From NCBI GenBank assembly GCA_963829055.1, contig CAWHHI010000004.1, positions 256,001 to 320,000 on the forward strand: a DNA stretch of 64,000 nt. The letters run 5' to 3'. Positions 50,738 to 64,000 of this stretch are shown here, piece by piece. Each line of letters opens with the position of its first letter. The first letter of the stretch is position 1. The notes beneath the pieces are model-generated. The model had not been told where the DNA came from and did no database searches. It saw nothing but the letters and a program-made list of their open reading frames with translations. The stretch comes from an uncultured Gemmatimonadaceae bacterium. GTDB taxonomy: Bacteria > Gemmatimonadota > Gemmatimonadetes > Gemmatimonadales > Gemmatimonadaceae. The position numbers and the translations under genes are program-made.

Positions 50738-53304
50738 TCATCTCACGTTGTATCACGAAAGGCTGGCAGGCTGCGCAGGTCACGCTCTTCCTGGCGTTAG
50801 GCTCGACTGCCGCTGTAGCGCAGGCTGGTCGCATCACCGGTACGGTTACGGACTCGGCGAAGGCACCACTGATCGGCGCGCAAGTCAGCGTCGTCGGCAC
50901 ACGGGCGGGCGCGATGAGCGACGCGTCTGGTCGCTATTCGATCAGCGGAGTCAACGCCGGCACCTACGAAGTCCGCGTGCAGCGGATCGGCGAGCGTATG
51001 GAATCCGTCACCGGCGTCGTGGTGCGCCCCGGTGAAGAGACGCGCGTGGATGTCACGCTGGCGCGCGCGCCGCTCTCGCTCGCGGGCGTCGTCGTCTCGG
51101 CATCGCGTCGCGCGGAAAAGGTTACCGACGCGCCGGCGACGATCACGAGCATCGAGACGGAAGCGATCGACAACGCCGTCGGCAACAACTTCGCCGGCCT
51201 GCTGAAGGAGGTGAAGGGTATCGACTTCATCCAGGTAGGCATGACGTCGATCGCGATCAACGCGCGAGGGTTCAACTCCTCGTTCAATAATCGCATGCTG
51301 ATGACGGAAGACGGACGCGTGTCGATCCTTCCGGAGAATGGACTTCCAGTAGGCACGCTCACGGCGACGCCGAAGGTGGACCTCGCCGGCATCGAGGTGC
51401 TCGTTGGTCCGGGCTCGGCACTCTACGGACCAGACGCGTCCAACGGCGTGCTCGCGTTGACGACGAAGGATCCGCGCGCGTCCAAGGGCGTGACACTCGA
51501 GCTCACGGGTGGCAATCGCAACTTCCGCGACATCCAGGCTCGTTATGCGAACACGTTCGGCAACTTCGGGTTCAAGGTGTCGGGCGAGTATCAGCGCGCG
51601 AAGGACTGGGACAACTACCTGTACTACAACGCCGCCGGCACGATCGTGCTCGATACGTTCACGACGACGCCCCCGCCGACGGTCGTGCGCGAGAGCGCGC
51701 TCAAGGATCCGGTGAACTGGGAAACTGGCGTGGTCCGCGGAACTGGTGCGCTCGTGTACTATCGCGGCGACCAGCGCCTCGAGCTGTCGGGCGGAATGAG
51801 CCGGACGGACGGCGTCGGTCAGACGAACGTCGGCCGCAATCAGCTGCGCGACTGGGACTACAACGTCCAGCAGGCGAAGTACTCGACGCCGCACTGGTTC
51901 CTCAACGCGTACCGCGCGCAGTCGAAGAGCGGCACGTCGTTCGCGCTCAATCGTTATGCGGGCGCGCAGCTCGCGCCGGCCAACGCGGCGCTCAGCGCCG
52001 ACTCACTCGGCAAACTGAGTGATTGGCCGAGCGACGGTCGGATGTACGCGGCGGAAGTGCAGGGCAACTATGCGATCAGGCCGCTCCTCAACACGACAGT
52101 GGTCTTCGGCGGACAGTACCGGAACGACGTCGTGAGCAGCGATCGTCAGTGGTTGTGGGATCGCATCACGAAGTCCGATGTCACCAACTCGCAGACGGGC
52201 GTCTACGCGCAGACCACGACGCCGGTGGCGCGCTGGCTCGACGTCGTGCTCGCCGGCCGTCTCGATGATCCGGAGAACTACGACAAGCAGTGGAGCCCGA
52301 AGGCCGGCGTCGTTGTGAAGCCGTGGGTCGATCAGGCATTCCGCGTGACGTTCAATCGCGCGTTCAAGTCGCCGACGATCCTGCAGACGAATTTCTACAT
52401 CCCGGACTGGACGGCGATCATCTCGATCTACGGCAACACCGGCGGCTTCCAGACGACGAACGCCGCAGGCACGGTGCTGGCGACGTATCAGCCGATGCGG
52501 CCGGAAACGAACAAGACGTGGGAGTTCGGCTACAAGGGCATTCTCGCCAATCGGCTGTACCTGGACGGGACGTACTTCCAGTCGGACTACGAGAACTTCA
52601 TGAGCCCGCTCACGATCGTTGGCAACCCGTTTGCTGGCGCGGCGGCAACGTTCGCGAAGCCGGTGACGAACCCGGGCGGCGACATTCCGGTCAACGGACA
52701 GGGGCGCATCGTCAACCAGGCGCCGACACCGATCACGCCGATCGTGCTCACGTATTACAACCTCGGCAACGCCAAGGTCTCGGGCGTCGACGCGGGCCTA
52801 ACGGCGATCCTCACCCAGCATCTCGAGGCGCGGTCTACGCTCTCGACCGTCAAGATCAACGATCTGACGATTCCGCCTGGTGGAAGTCCGGAAGCGGCGT
52901 CGCTCAACGCGCCGACGACCAAGTGGACGATCGGTGCGACGGCTCGCGACCTCGGCCCGGTCACGGCCGGTCTCACGTTCCGCAACGTGAACGCGTACTA
53001 CTTCCGTTCAGGGACGAACACTGGCGTCATTCCGACGTTCGGAGGGCTCGACGCGAACGTGACGTTCAAGCTGCGATCGCTGCAGAATTCGCTCGTGAGC
53101 CTCAGTGTCTCGAACCTGTTCTCGTGCACAGGGGAGAATCCGAGATGGAGCACGCCCCCGGCTACCCCGCCGACGCCTGCGCAGCCGAACAGCATTCTGG
53201 CGAGCGAGGACCGCGGGTGCGGGTTCAACCGCAAGCACATCGAGATGATCAACATGCCGGAGATCGGACCGATGCTGTTCCTCGGCGTCCGGTACGCTCG
53301 TTGA
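50734..53304 (+). CDS. TonB-dependent receptor with N-terminal carboxypeptidase-regulatory-like domain
   Basis: Signal peptide; GRITGTVTD; VVVSASRR; NARGFN; IEVLVGPGSALYG; C-terminal LFLGVRY; ATGA overlap. Confidence 0.93.
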   Translation: MIISRCITKGWQAAQVTLFLALGSTAAVAQAGRITGTVTDSAKAPLIGAQVSVVGTRAGAMSDASGRYSISGVNAGTYEVRVQRIGERMESVTGVVVRPGEETRVDVTLARAPLSLAGVVVSASRRAEKVTDAPATITSIETEAIDNAVGNNFAGLLKEVKGIDFIQVGMTSIAINARGFNSSFNNRMLMTEDGRVSILPENGLPVGTLTATPKVDLAGIEVLVGPGSALYGPDASNGVLALTTKDPRASKGVTLELTGGNRNFRDIQARYANTFGNFGFKVSGEYQRAKDWDNYLYYNAAGTIVLDTFTTTPPPTVVRESALKDPVNWETGVVRGTGALVYYRGDQRLELSGGMSRTDGVGQTNVGRNQLRDWDYNVQQAKYSTPHWFLNAYRAQSKSGTSFALNRYAGAQLAPANAALSADSLGKLSDWPSDGRMYAAEVQGNYAIRPLLNTTVVFGGQYRNDVVSSDRQWLWDRITKSDVTNSQTGVYAQTTTPVARWLDVVLAGRLDDPENYDKQWSPKAGVVVKPWVDQAFRVTFNRAFKSPTILQTNFYIPDWTAIISIYGNTGGFQTTNAAGTVLATYQPMRPETNKTWEFGYKGILANRLYLDGTYFQSDYENFMSPLTIVGNPFAGAAATFAKPVTNPGGDIPVNGQGRIVNQAPTPITPIVLTYYNLGNAKVSGVDAGLTAILTQHLEARSTLSTVKINDLTIPPGGSPEAASLNAPTTKWTIGATARDLGPVTAGLTFRNVNAYYFRSGTNTGVIPTFGGLDANVTFKLRSLQNSLVSLSVSNLFSCTGENPRWSTPPATPPTPAQPNSILASEDRGCGFNRKHIEMINMPEIGPMLFLGVRYAR

Positions 53305-53308
53305 GCGA

Positions 53309-54382
53309 GTGGTATTCAAATGGCTGGTCGCGGCCGGGTATGCCGCGAGCGCAATGACGATGCCTAACGGTGGGGGCGACGCTGCTCACGCCAAGGCAAC
53401 CCACCCGGTCGCTCAGGCGGCCGGGCATTTCGTCGACGGAACGTTCTCGTCCGACGCGGGAACGCGTCGCTGGCGATTGTGGGTGCCGAGTCGCTACGAC
53501 AAGTCGCGCCGGCATCCGCTCGTCGTGCTGTTGCACGGATGCACGCAGGACCCGGATGATCTGGCGCGTGGCACGCGGGTAAGTGAGCACGCGGACCGCC
53601 GGGATGTTCTCGTGTTACTCCCGGAACAGCCCGAGTCTGCGAACCCGAAGAAGTGCTGGAACTGGTACGACCCGGCGCATCAGCAGCGGGATGGTGGCGA
53701 GCCCGCGCTGATTGCCGGAATGACGCGGCAGGTCGCTGGAGAGTGGGCGGTCGACTCGCAGCAGGTGCACGTCGCCGGAATCTCGGCGGGGGCAGCGATG
53801 GCGGCGATCCTCGCTGTCACGTATCCGGACGTGTACGCGTCTGTCGCGCTTCACTCGGGGATTGCCTATCGCGCCGCCGCGAACGTGATGGAGGGCGTGG
53901 GCGTGATGACGACCGGTGCTCCGGATTCGCCGCGCCTCGCTCGCCTGGCATACGACGCGATGGGCGCGCGCGCCCGCGTGATTCCGGCGATCATCGTGCA
54001 AGGCGCGGCGGATCCGGTCGTCAAGCCGATCAATGCGATTCACACACGCGACATGTGGCTGGCGATGAACGCGCTTGCACGTGGCGGCGGTTCCAGCGGT
54101 AATGCCGTGGCGGACGCTTCACCCGTGACGCCGGATCGACGCTCGGAAGCTCACGTGTCGGGGCTTGATGCCGTCACGGAGTGTTACGGTGCGCGCACTT
54201 CGAAGAGTGAATGCGAAGTCGAGTTGCTCACCGTGGCCGGGCTCGGGCACGCATGGTCGGGTGGATCGAAGCTGGGCACGTTCACCGATGAGCGTGGGCC
54301 GGACGCGACGGACGCCATCCTTCGCTTCCTGCTGGCGCACCCGATGCCGAACGGTAGCGCACCTAACGCGCCGAAGCCGTGA
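53309..54382 (+). CDS. PHB-depolymerase/LpqC-family exported esterase
   Basis: LHGCTQ, CWNW, lipase box GISAG, GAADPVV, GHAWSGG; signal-like N-terminus. Confidence 0.92.
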   Translation: MVFKWLVAAGYAASAMTMPNGGGDAAHAKATHPVAQAAGHFVDGTFSSDAGTRRWRLWVPSRYDKSRRHPLVVLLHGCTQDPDDLARGTRVSEHADRRDVLVLLPEQPESANPKKCWNWYDPAHQQRDGGEPALIAGMTRQVAGEWAVDSQQVHVAGISAGAAMAAILAVTYPDVYASVALHSGIAYRAAANVMEGVGVMTTGAPDSPRLARLAYDAMGARARVIPAIIVQGAADPVVKPINAIHTRDMWLAMNALARGGGSSGNAVADASPVTPDRRSEAHVSGLDAVTECYGARTSKSECEVELLTVAGLGHAWSGGSKLGTFTDERGPDATDAILRFLLAHPMPNGSAPNAPKP

Positions 54383-55917
54383 CGCCGCCGCCTGTCTTCC
54401 CGTCCACGTCCGATCTCATTGCGTGGTGGGCGCGGGTCGCACCGGAGCGAGTCGCGATAGTCGACAGGACCCGTGGTGGGCGGCACACGTACGCGGACCT
54501 GAACGCGAGCGCAGAGCGATGGGCGCGTGTGCTCCTCTCACTTGGCGTAAGGCGAGGCGATCGCGTCGCGACGCTCACGGGAAACCGCGTCGAGATCGTC
54601 GGGCTCTTCTTTGGAGCGACGCGCATTGGTGCGGTGCTCGTGCCGCTCAATTGGAGACTGTCGGTGGCGGAGCTCGCGCGCGTCATCGACGACGCCGCGC
54701 CGGCCCTGATCGTCGGCGAGGATCGCCATCGGTCGCTGGGTGAAGCGGCAACGAAAGCCGCTGAGTCCGCGGTTCAATGGCTGGAGCTGGATCGCGAGGC
54801 CGCACCGCTGCTCGCGGCATCGGATGCGGTCGGTGGTGTCGCGTGGGTGTCGTCGGAGCCGGAAGCGCCAGCGATGCTGCTGTACACGTCGGGGAGCACC
54901 GGAAAGCCGAAGGGCGCGATCCTGCCGCACCGACAGATCTACTACAACGCAGTCGCGACCACGGTCGGGTGGCAGATCGGCTCGAACGACGTCGCGATCG
55001 TCGCGAACCCGCTGTTTCACACGGGCGGGTGGCACGTGTTCTCGACGCCGCTCTGGCATCGCGGTGGCACCATCGTGTTGTTCGATCAGTTCGACGCGAC
55101 GGCGTTTCTCGACGCCATTGCCGAAGAGCGGGTGACGCTCGCGTTCGGCGTGCCGACGCAGATCGTGATGATGACGCAGAGCGCGTCGTGGGGACGGGAG
55201 CTACCGTCGCTGCGCTTTCTGATCTCGGGCGGTGCGCCGTGTCCCGAGGCGTTAGGCGAGAGAGTGCGAGCGGCGGGACTCCGCTTTCGCCAGGGATACG
55301 GACTCACCGAGTGTGGCCCGAACTGCTTTGCGATCACGGACGAGGAAGCGGTTCGACGGCCGGGGGCGGTGGGGTGGCCGAGCCCATTTCTGGAAATGCG
55401 GTTGGTGACAGAGGGAGCCGGGAACGGGGAACAGGGAACCGAAACCGCAAACCCCGGTGAACTGCTCCTCCGGGGCCCGCAGATGTTCGGCGGCTACTTC
55501 AACGATCCCATTCGCACAGCGGAAGCGATCGACGCTGACGGGTGGCTCCACACCGGCGATCTCGCCACGCGCGACGCCGACGGCGCGTACCGCATCTGTG
55601 GACGCAAGAAGGACATGTTCATCTCGGGCGGGGAGAACGTGTTTCCCGGCGAGGTCGAGGCGGCGCTCTCCGAATGCCCAGGGATCGGCGAAGCCGTCGT
55701 CGTCGGCGTGCCTGACGAGAAGTGGGGCGAAGTCGGTCGCGCGTTCGTACTCCGCCGAAGTGGTGAAGAGCTCACGGCCGAGCAGGTGATCGCGCACGCC
55801 CGCCAGCGGCTCGCGGCGTACAAGGTGCCGAAATCGGTCGTAGTCCTCGACGAGCTCCCGCGCCTCGGATCGGGTAAGGCCGATCGCGCGGCCCTCAAGA
55901 TCTTTACGAGTTCTTAG
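54379..55917 (+). CDS. Acyl-CoA synthetase (MenE/FadD-like AMP ligase)
   Basis: YTSGSTGKPKG, GYGLTE, WLHTGD, GRKKDMFISGGENV, AYKVPK. Confidence 0.93.
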   Translation: MTPPPVFPSTSDLIAWWARVAPERVAIVDRTRGGRHTYADLNASAERWARVLLSLGVRRGDRVATLTGNRVEIVGLFFGATRIGAVLVPLNWRLSVAELARVIDDAAPALIVGEDRHRSLGEAATKAAESAVQWLELDREAAPLLAASDAVGGVAWVSSEPEAPAMLLYTSGSTGKPKGAILPHRQIYYNAVATTVGWQIGSNDVAIVANPLFHTGGWHVFSTPLWHRGGTIVLFDQFDATAFLDAIAEERVTLAFGVPTQIVMMTQSASWGRELPSLRFLISGGAPCPEALGERVRAAGLRFRQGYGLTECGPNCFAITDEEAVRRPGAVGWPSPFLEMRLVTEGAGNGEQGTETANPGELLLRGPQMFGGYFNDPIRTAEAIDADGWLHTGDLATRDADGAYRICGRKKDMFISGGENVFPGEVEAALSECPGIGEAVVVGVPDEKWGEVGRAFVLRRSGEELTAEQVIAHARQRLAAYKVPKSVVVLDELPRLGSGKADRAALKIFTSS

Positions 55918-56095
55918 CGGCCGTCTCGCGGTTCTTTGTGCGCCCTTCACGGCGGCGCACGTAGCGATGGCATCGGCTGCGTATGGTTCGATAGTCGATC
56001 GCCTAAGGACTGCGGCGTTAGATTGCGGATCGATCGTCCATTGCCGCGACGTCGATGCTCGCGCGTTCACTCACCACCTGACGCGATCCTTCGCG

Positions 56096-56644
56096 ATGTA
56101 CGCAAAAGGCACGACCATCCGCACGACGGTCGATTTCCTCAGAGCGGAAGGCGGATCCGATCTCGTGAACCGCGTGCTCGGCACGCTCGCGCCGCATACG
56201 CGCGAGGCCATCGCGCGCGTCGAGCCTACGGGAGAGCTTCCATACGCCGTGTTGCAATCGCTCTGGCGTTCCGCGGACGACGCGCTCGGCGCCGACCCGA
56301 CATGGGCCGAGCGGGCCGGTGCGTTCTCGATCGAGTCGTTAGGCATGCAGCTCTACCGCGGCATCCTGCTCAAACGGTCTCCGGCCGAATTCCTGACGCA
56401 GAGCGTGTCGCTGTTCCAGCTCTACTATCGCCCCGGCGACATGACGGTGGTGTTCGAGGAGCCGGGCCACGCGGTGCTGCGTCTCATCGGGTTCGACGCG
56501 GGTTCGTCGGTGTTCTGTCGCCGACAAACTGGCGGGCTTCAGTGCGCGATCACGCTCGCCGGCGGCGCCGAGCCCTCAACGCGACACGTGCGATGTGTGC
56601 TGGAAGGCGATGCCTTCTGCGAATGGGAGCTTCGCTGGAAGTGA
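56096..56644 (+). CDS. Hypothetical protein with V4R/DUF2378-like features
   Basis: KGTTI...DFL; C-terminal C..EGDAFCEWELRW. Confidence 0.65.
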   Translation: MYAKGTTIRTTVDFLRAEGGSDLVNRVLGTLAPHTREAIARVEPTGELPYAVLQSLWRSADDALGADPTWAERAGAFSIESLGMQLYRGILLKRSPAEFLTQSVSLFQLYYRPGDMTVVFEEPGHAVLRLIGFDAGSSVFCRRQTGGLQCAITLAGGAEPSTRHVRCVLEGDAFCEWELRWK

Positions 56645-56754
56645 ATCGGTCGTGAAGCAGCCGGAGCCAGATCGCGTGCCGATGCCATCATGGAGCGTAC
56701 TAAACGGTGCGCGGCACAATGTCGCCCAATGTATCGAGGGCTGTAGATTCCGGC

Positions 56755-57975
56755 ATGAGCTCGCCCCAGAACTACGACGCGTTCGTCATCACGGCCCCCG
56801 GCCTCGAAGCACTCGCCACCGCGGAACTGCACGCGCTTGGCGTCGCGGACGCCAGAGCTGTCGAAGGCGGTGTCACCTTCACCGCGTCGCAGCGGTCCCT
56901 CTATGCCGCGAATCTCCATCTCCGTACGGCTAGTCGAGTCGTCGTGCGGGCGAGCGAGTTCGGGGCGACCGCGTTCTTCGAGCTCCAAAAGCGCGCAGCG
57001 AAGGTGCCGTGGGACGAATTCCTCTCGCCCAACCGGGCCGTCTCGCTCCGCGTCACGTGCAAGAAGTCGAGGCTCTATCACTCGGACGCCGTGGCGGAAC
57101 GCGTGGCGACGGCGATCACCTCCAGAGTGCGCGGTGCTCGCATCGTGGAAGACGCCGGCGATGAAGAAGCCGACGCACCGAGTCAGCTCGTCATCGTCCG
57201 CCTGTTTCACGACCGGTGCACCGTGAGCATCGATAGCTCCGGTGCCCTGCTTCACCGGCGCGGCTACCGCCAAGCCATCGGCAAGGCGCCGATGCGCGAG
57301 ACGCTGGCGGCGGCGACACTCCTCGCGAGCGGATGGCGAGGGCAGTCGCCGCTCGTCGATCCGATGTGCGGGTCGGGAACCCTTTCTATAGAAGGCGCGC
57401 TCATTGCGCGACGGATGGCGCCCGGGCTACACCGCGATTTCGCGTTCGAGCAATGGCCGGACTTCGACGCGGTAACCTGGCGCGAAGTCCGCGCCGAGGC
57501 GGAGTCGACGGCGTTGCCCCGGTCGCCCGTGGTAATCCAGGGCTCCGACAGGGACGAGGGCGCGATCGAGGCAGCTCGCGCGAATGCAGCACGGGCGGGT
57601 GTGAGCGACGACGTCGAGTTCGCGGTCCGTCCGATCTCCGCGGCCGAGTCGCCGGCCGAGCACGGCTGGATCGTCTCGAACCCGCCATACGGCGTCAGGG
57701 TCGGTGAGCGTGACCCGCTTCGAAACCTGTACGCGCAGATCGGCAAGGTCGTGCGCGCGAAGTACGCGGGCTGGCACATCGCGCTCGTCACTGCGGAAGC
57801 TGGGCTGGAACGCCAGTTGGGGCTCGGGCTCAAGCCGGTTCTCAGAACCGCCAACGGCGGTATTCGCGTTCGCGTGATGGCGGGCGAGGTAAACGCCTCG
57901 TCCGCACGCCAGCCAACCGACGTGGCGCCGCGCAAGCGCCGTAGGCCAACGCGCGGGGCGGCGGGTGATCGGTAG
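56755..57975 (+). CDS. THUMP-domain RNA methyltransferase (RlmL-like)
   Basis: TAPGLE, ANLHLRTASRV, DSSGALLHRRGYR, APMRETLAA, DPMCGSGT, SNPPYG. Confidence 0.92.
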   Translation: MSSPQNYDAFVITAPGLEALATAELHALGVADARAVEGGVTFTASQRSLYAANLHLRTASRVVVRASEFGATAFFELQKRAAKVPWDEFLSPNRAVSLRVTCKKSRLYHSDAVAERVATAITSRVRGARIVEDAGDEEADAPSQLVIVRLFHDRCTVSIDSSGALLHRRGYRQAIGKAPMRETLAAATLLASGWRGQSPLVDPMCGSGTLSIEGALIARRMAPGLHRDFAFEQWPDFDAVTWREVRAEAESTALPRSPVVIQGSDRDEGAIEAARANAARAGVSDDVEFAVRPISAAESPAEHGWIVSNPPYGVRVGERDPLRNLYAQIGKVVRAKYAGWHIALVTAEAGLERQLGLGLKPVLRTANGGIRVRVMAGEVNASSARQPTDVAPRKRRRPTRGAAGDR

Positions 57976-58435
57976 CAAGGCCGGGATCGTCACGTCGCTC
58001 AACCGTTCGGACGGTGGTGTCCCGAAGTTGCCCATCGAGACCGCGAGAGTGACGATTCACGGGATCGAAGGCGACCGACAGCGTAACCTCAAACACCACG
58101 GTGGGCCGGACCGGGCCCTGTGCCTCTACTCGGCGGACATCATCGATCGACTGCAGAGCGAAGGTCACCCGATCTTCCCGGGTTCGATTGGCGAAAACGT
58201 GACCATCCGTGGTCTGGATTGGGGGTTACTCCAGCCGGGGAGCGCCGTTTCTATCGGCGATGTCGAGGTCGAGCTTACGTCGTTCGCCGTGCCGTGCCGC
58301 AACATCCGAGGCTCCTTTCGCTGGAGCCGATCGAGTCGCGTCTCCCCGAAAACGCACCCGGGTGAGGCCCGCCTCTACGCACGCATCCGGCGAGAAGGCG
58401 TCGTCACCGTCGGCGATCCGGTGACGCTTCTCTAG
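57965..58435 (+). CDS. MOSC-domain protein (YiiM-like)
   Basis: GGVPK, GIEGDRQ..KHHGGPDRALC, GENVT, PCRNI. Confidence 0.9.
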   Translation: MIGSKAGIVTSLNRSDGGVPKLPIETARVTIHGIEGDRQRNLKHHGGPDRALCLYSADIIDRLQSEGHPIFPGSIGENVTIRGLDWGLLQPGSAVSIGDVEVELTSFAVPCRNIRGSFRWSRSSRVSPKTHPGEARLYARIRREGVVTVGDPVTLL

Positions 58436-58578
58436 AAGCAGCCGGTCTCGACGGCTTAACCGCCCCGATCAGGGATCGCCTCGACGGTATCCATCTTGAA
58501 GAGGTAGGGGGAATCCTGGGCGGAGGGACATCAAGTCCCTGCGCCCGAACTCCCATTCGAATAAGACGGAGCCCCACC

Positions 58579-64000
<5,422 letters not shown>

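Noticed and set aside
45474..55917. Fatty-acid or secondary-metabolite biosynthetic cluster
   Set aside because: No ACP, reductase or exporter; uptake genes and LacI favor catabolism, though biosynthesis is not strictly excluded.

Overview
GC-rich bacterial chromosomal DNA. The gene content (ADOP permease, exported HEAT proteins, BTAD/TPR regulator, TonB-dependent receptor, poly-HAMP kinase) suggests a Gemmatimonadota- or Acidobacteriota-like organism; this is inference only. About 45 CDS are supported. I saw no rRNA, tRNA, CRISPR array, prophage or transposase. Many single-base frameshifts, clustered at ~0.8-2 kb and ~36.6-42.7 kb, look like long-read consensus errors. Contents in order: ECF sigma / anti-sigma-like / two HEAT-repeat genes; PAP2; PadR-ADOP; flavin amine oxidase, formyltransferase, GH20, M28 peptidase; SufE; TetR-HlyD-ABC exporter; OsmC; TPR lytic transglycosylase; HExxH protein; MscS; three-gene Sdh1-like succinate dehydrogenase; RecQ; MsrPQ; globin; BTAD/TPR regulator; a nine-gene LacI-led operon; THUMP methyltransferase; MOSC; and a poly-HAMP hybrid kinase running off the end. 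Four things stand out. (1) A tightly coupled LacI operon (44.4-55.9 kb) pairs a TonB-dependent receptor with a PHB-depolymerase-type esterase, an SSS symporter, MaoC, two acyl-CoA ligases and a FabH homolog lacking the decarboxylation His/Asn; it is a candidate polyester/hydroxy-acid utilization locus. (2) A non-palindromic word, (C)GTTAGG(C)/(G)CCTAAC(G), recurs at least 56 times and forces rare codons in several frames. (3) Several intergenic repeat families occur: TGTCAT REP-like hairpins, ~79-bp composite elements around mscS, ~97-bp inverted repeats around a plug-like lipoprotein gene, and heptamer arrays. (4) Clear palindromic operators lie in front of the PadR, TetR and LacI genes.
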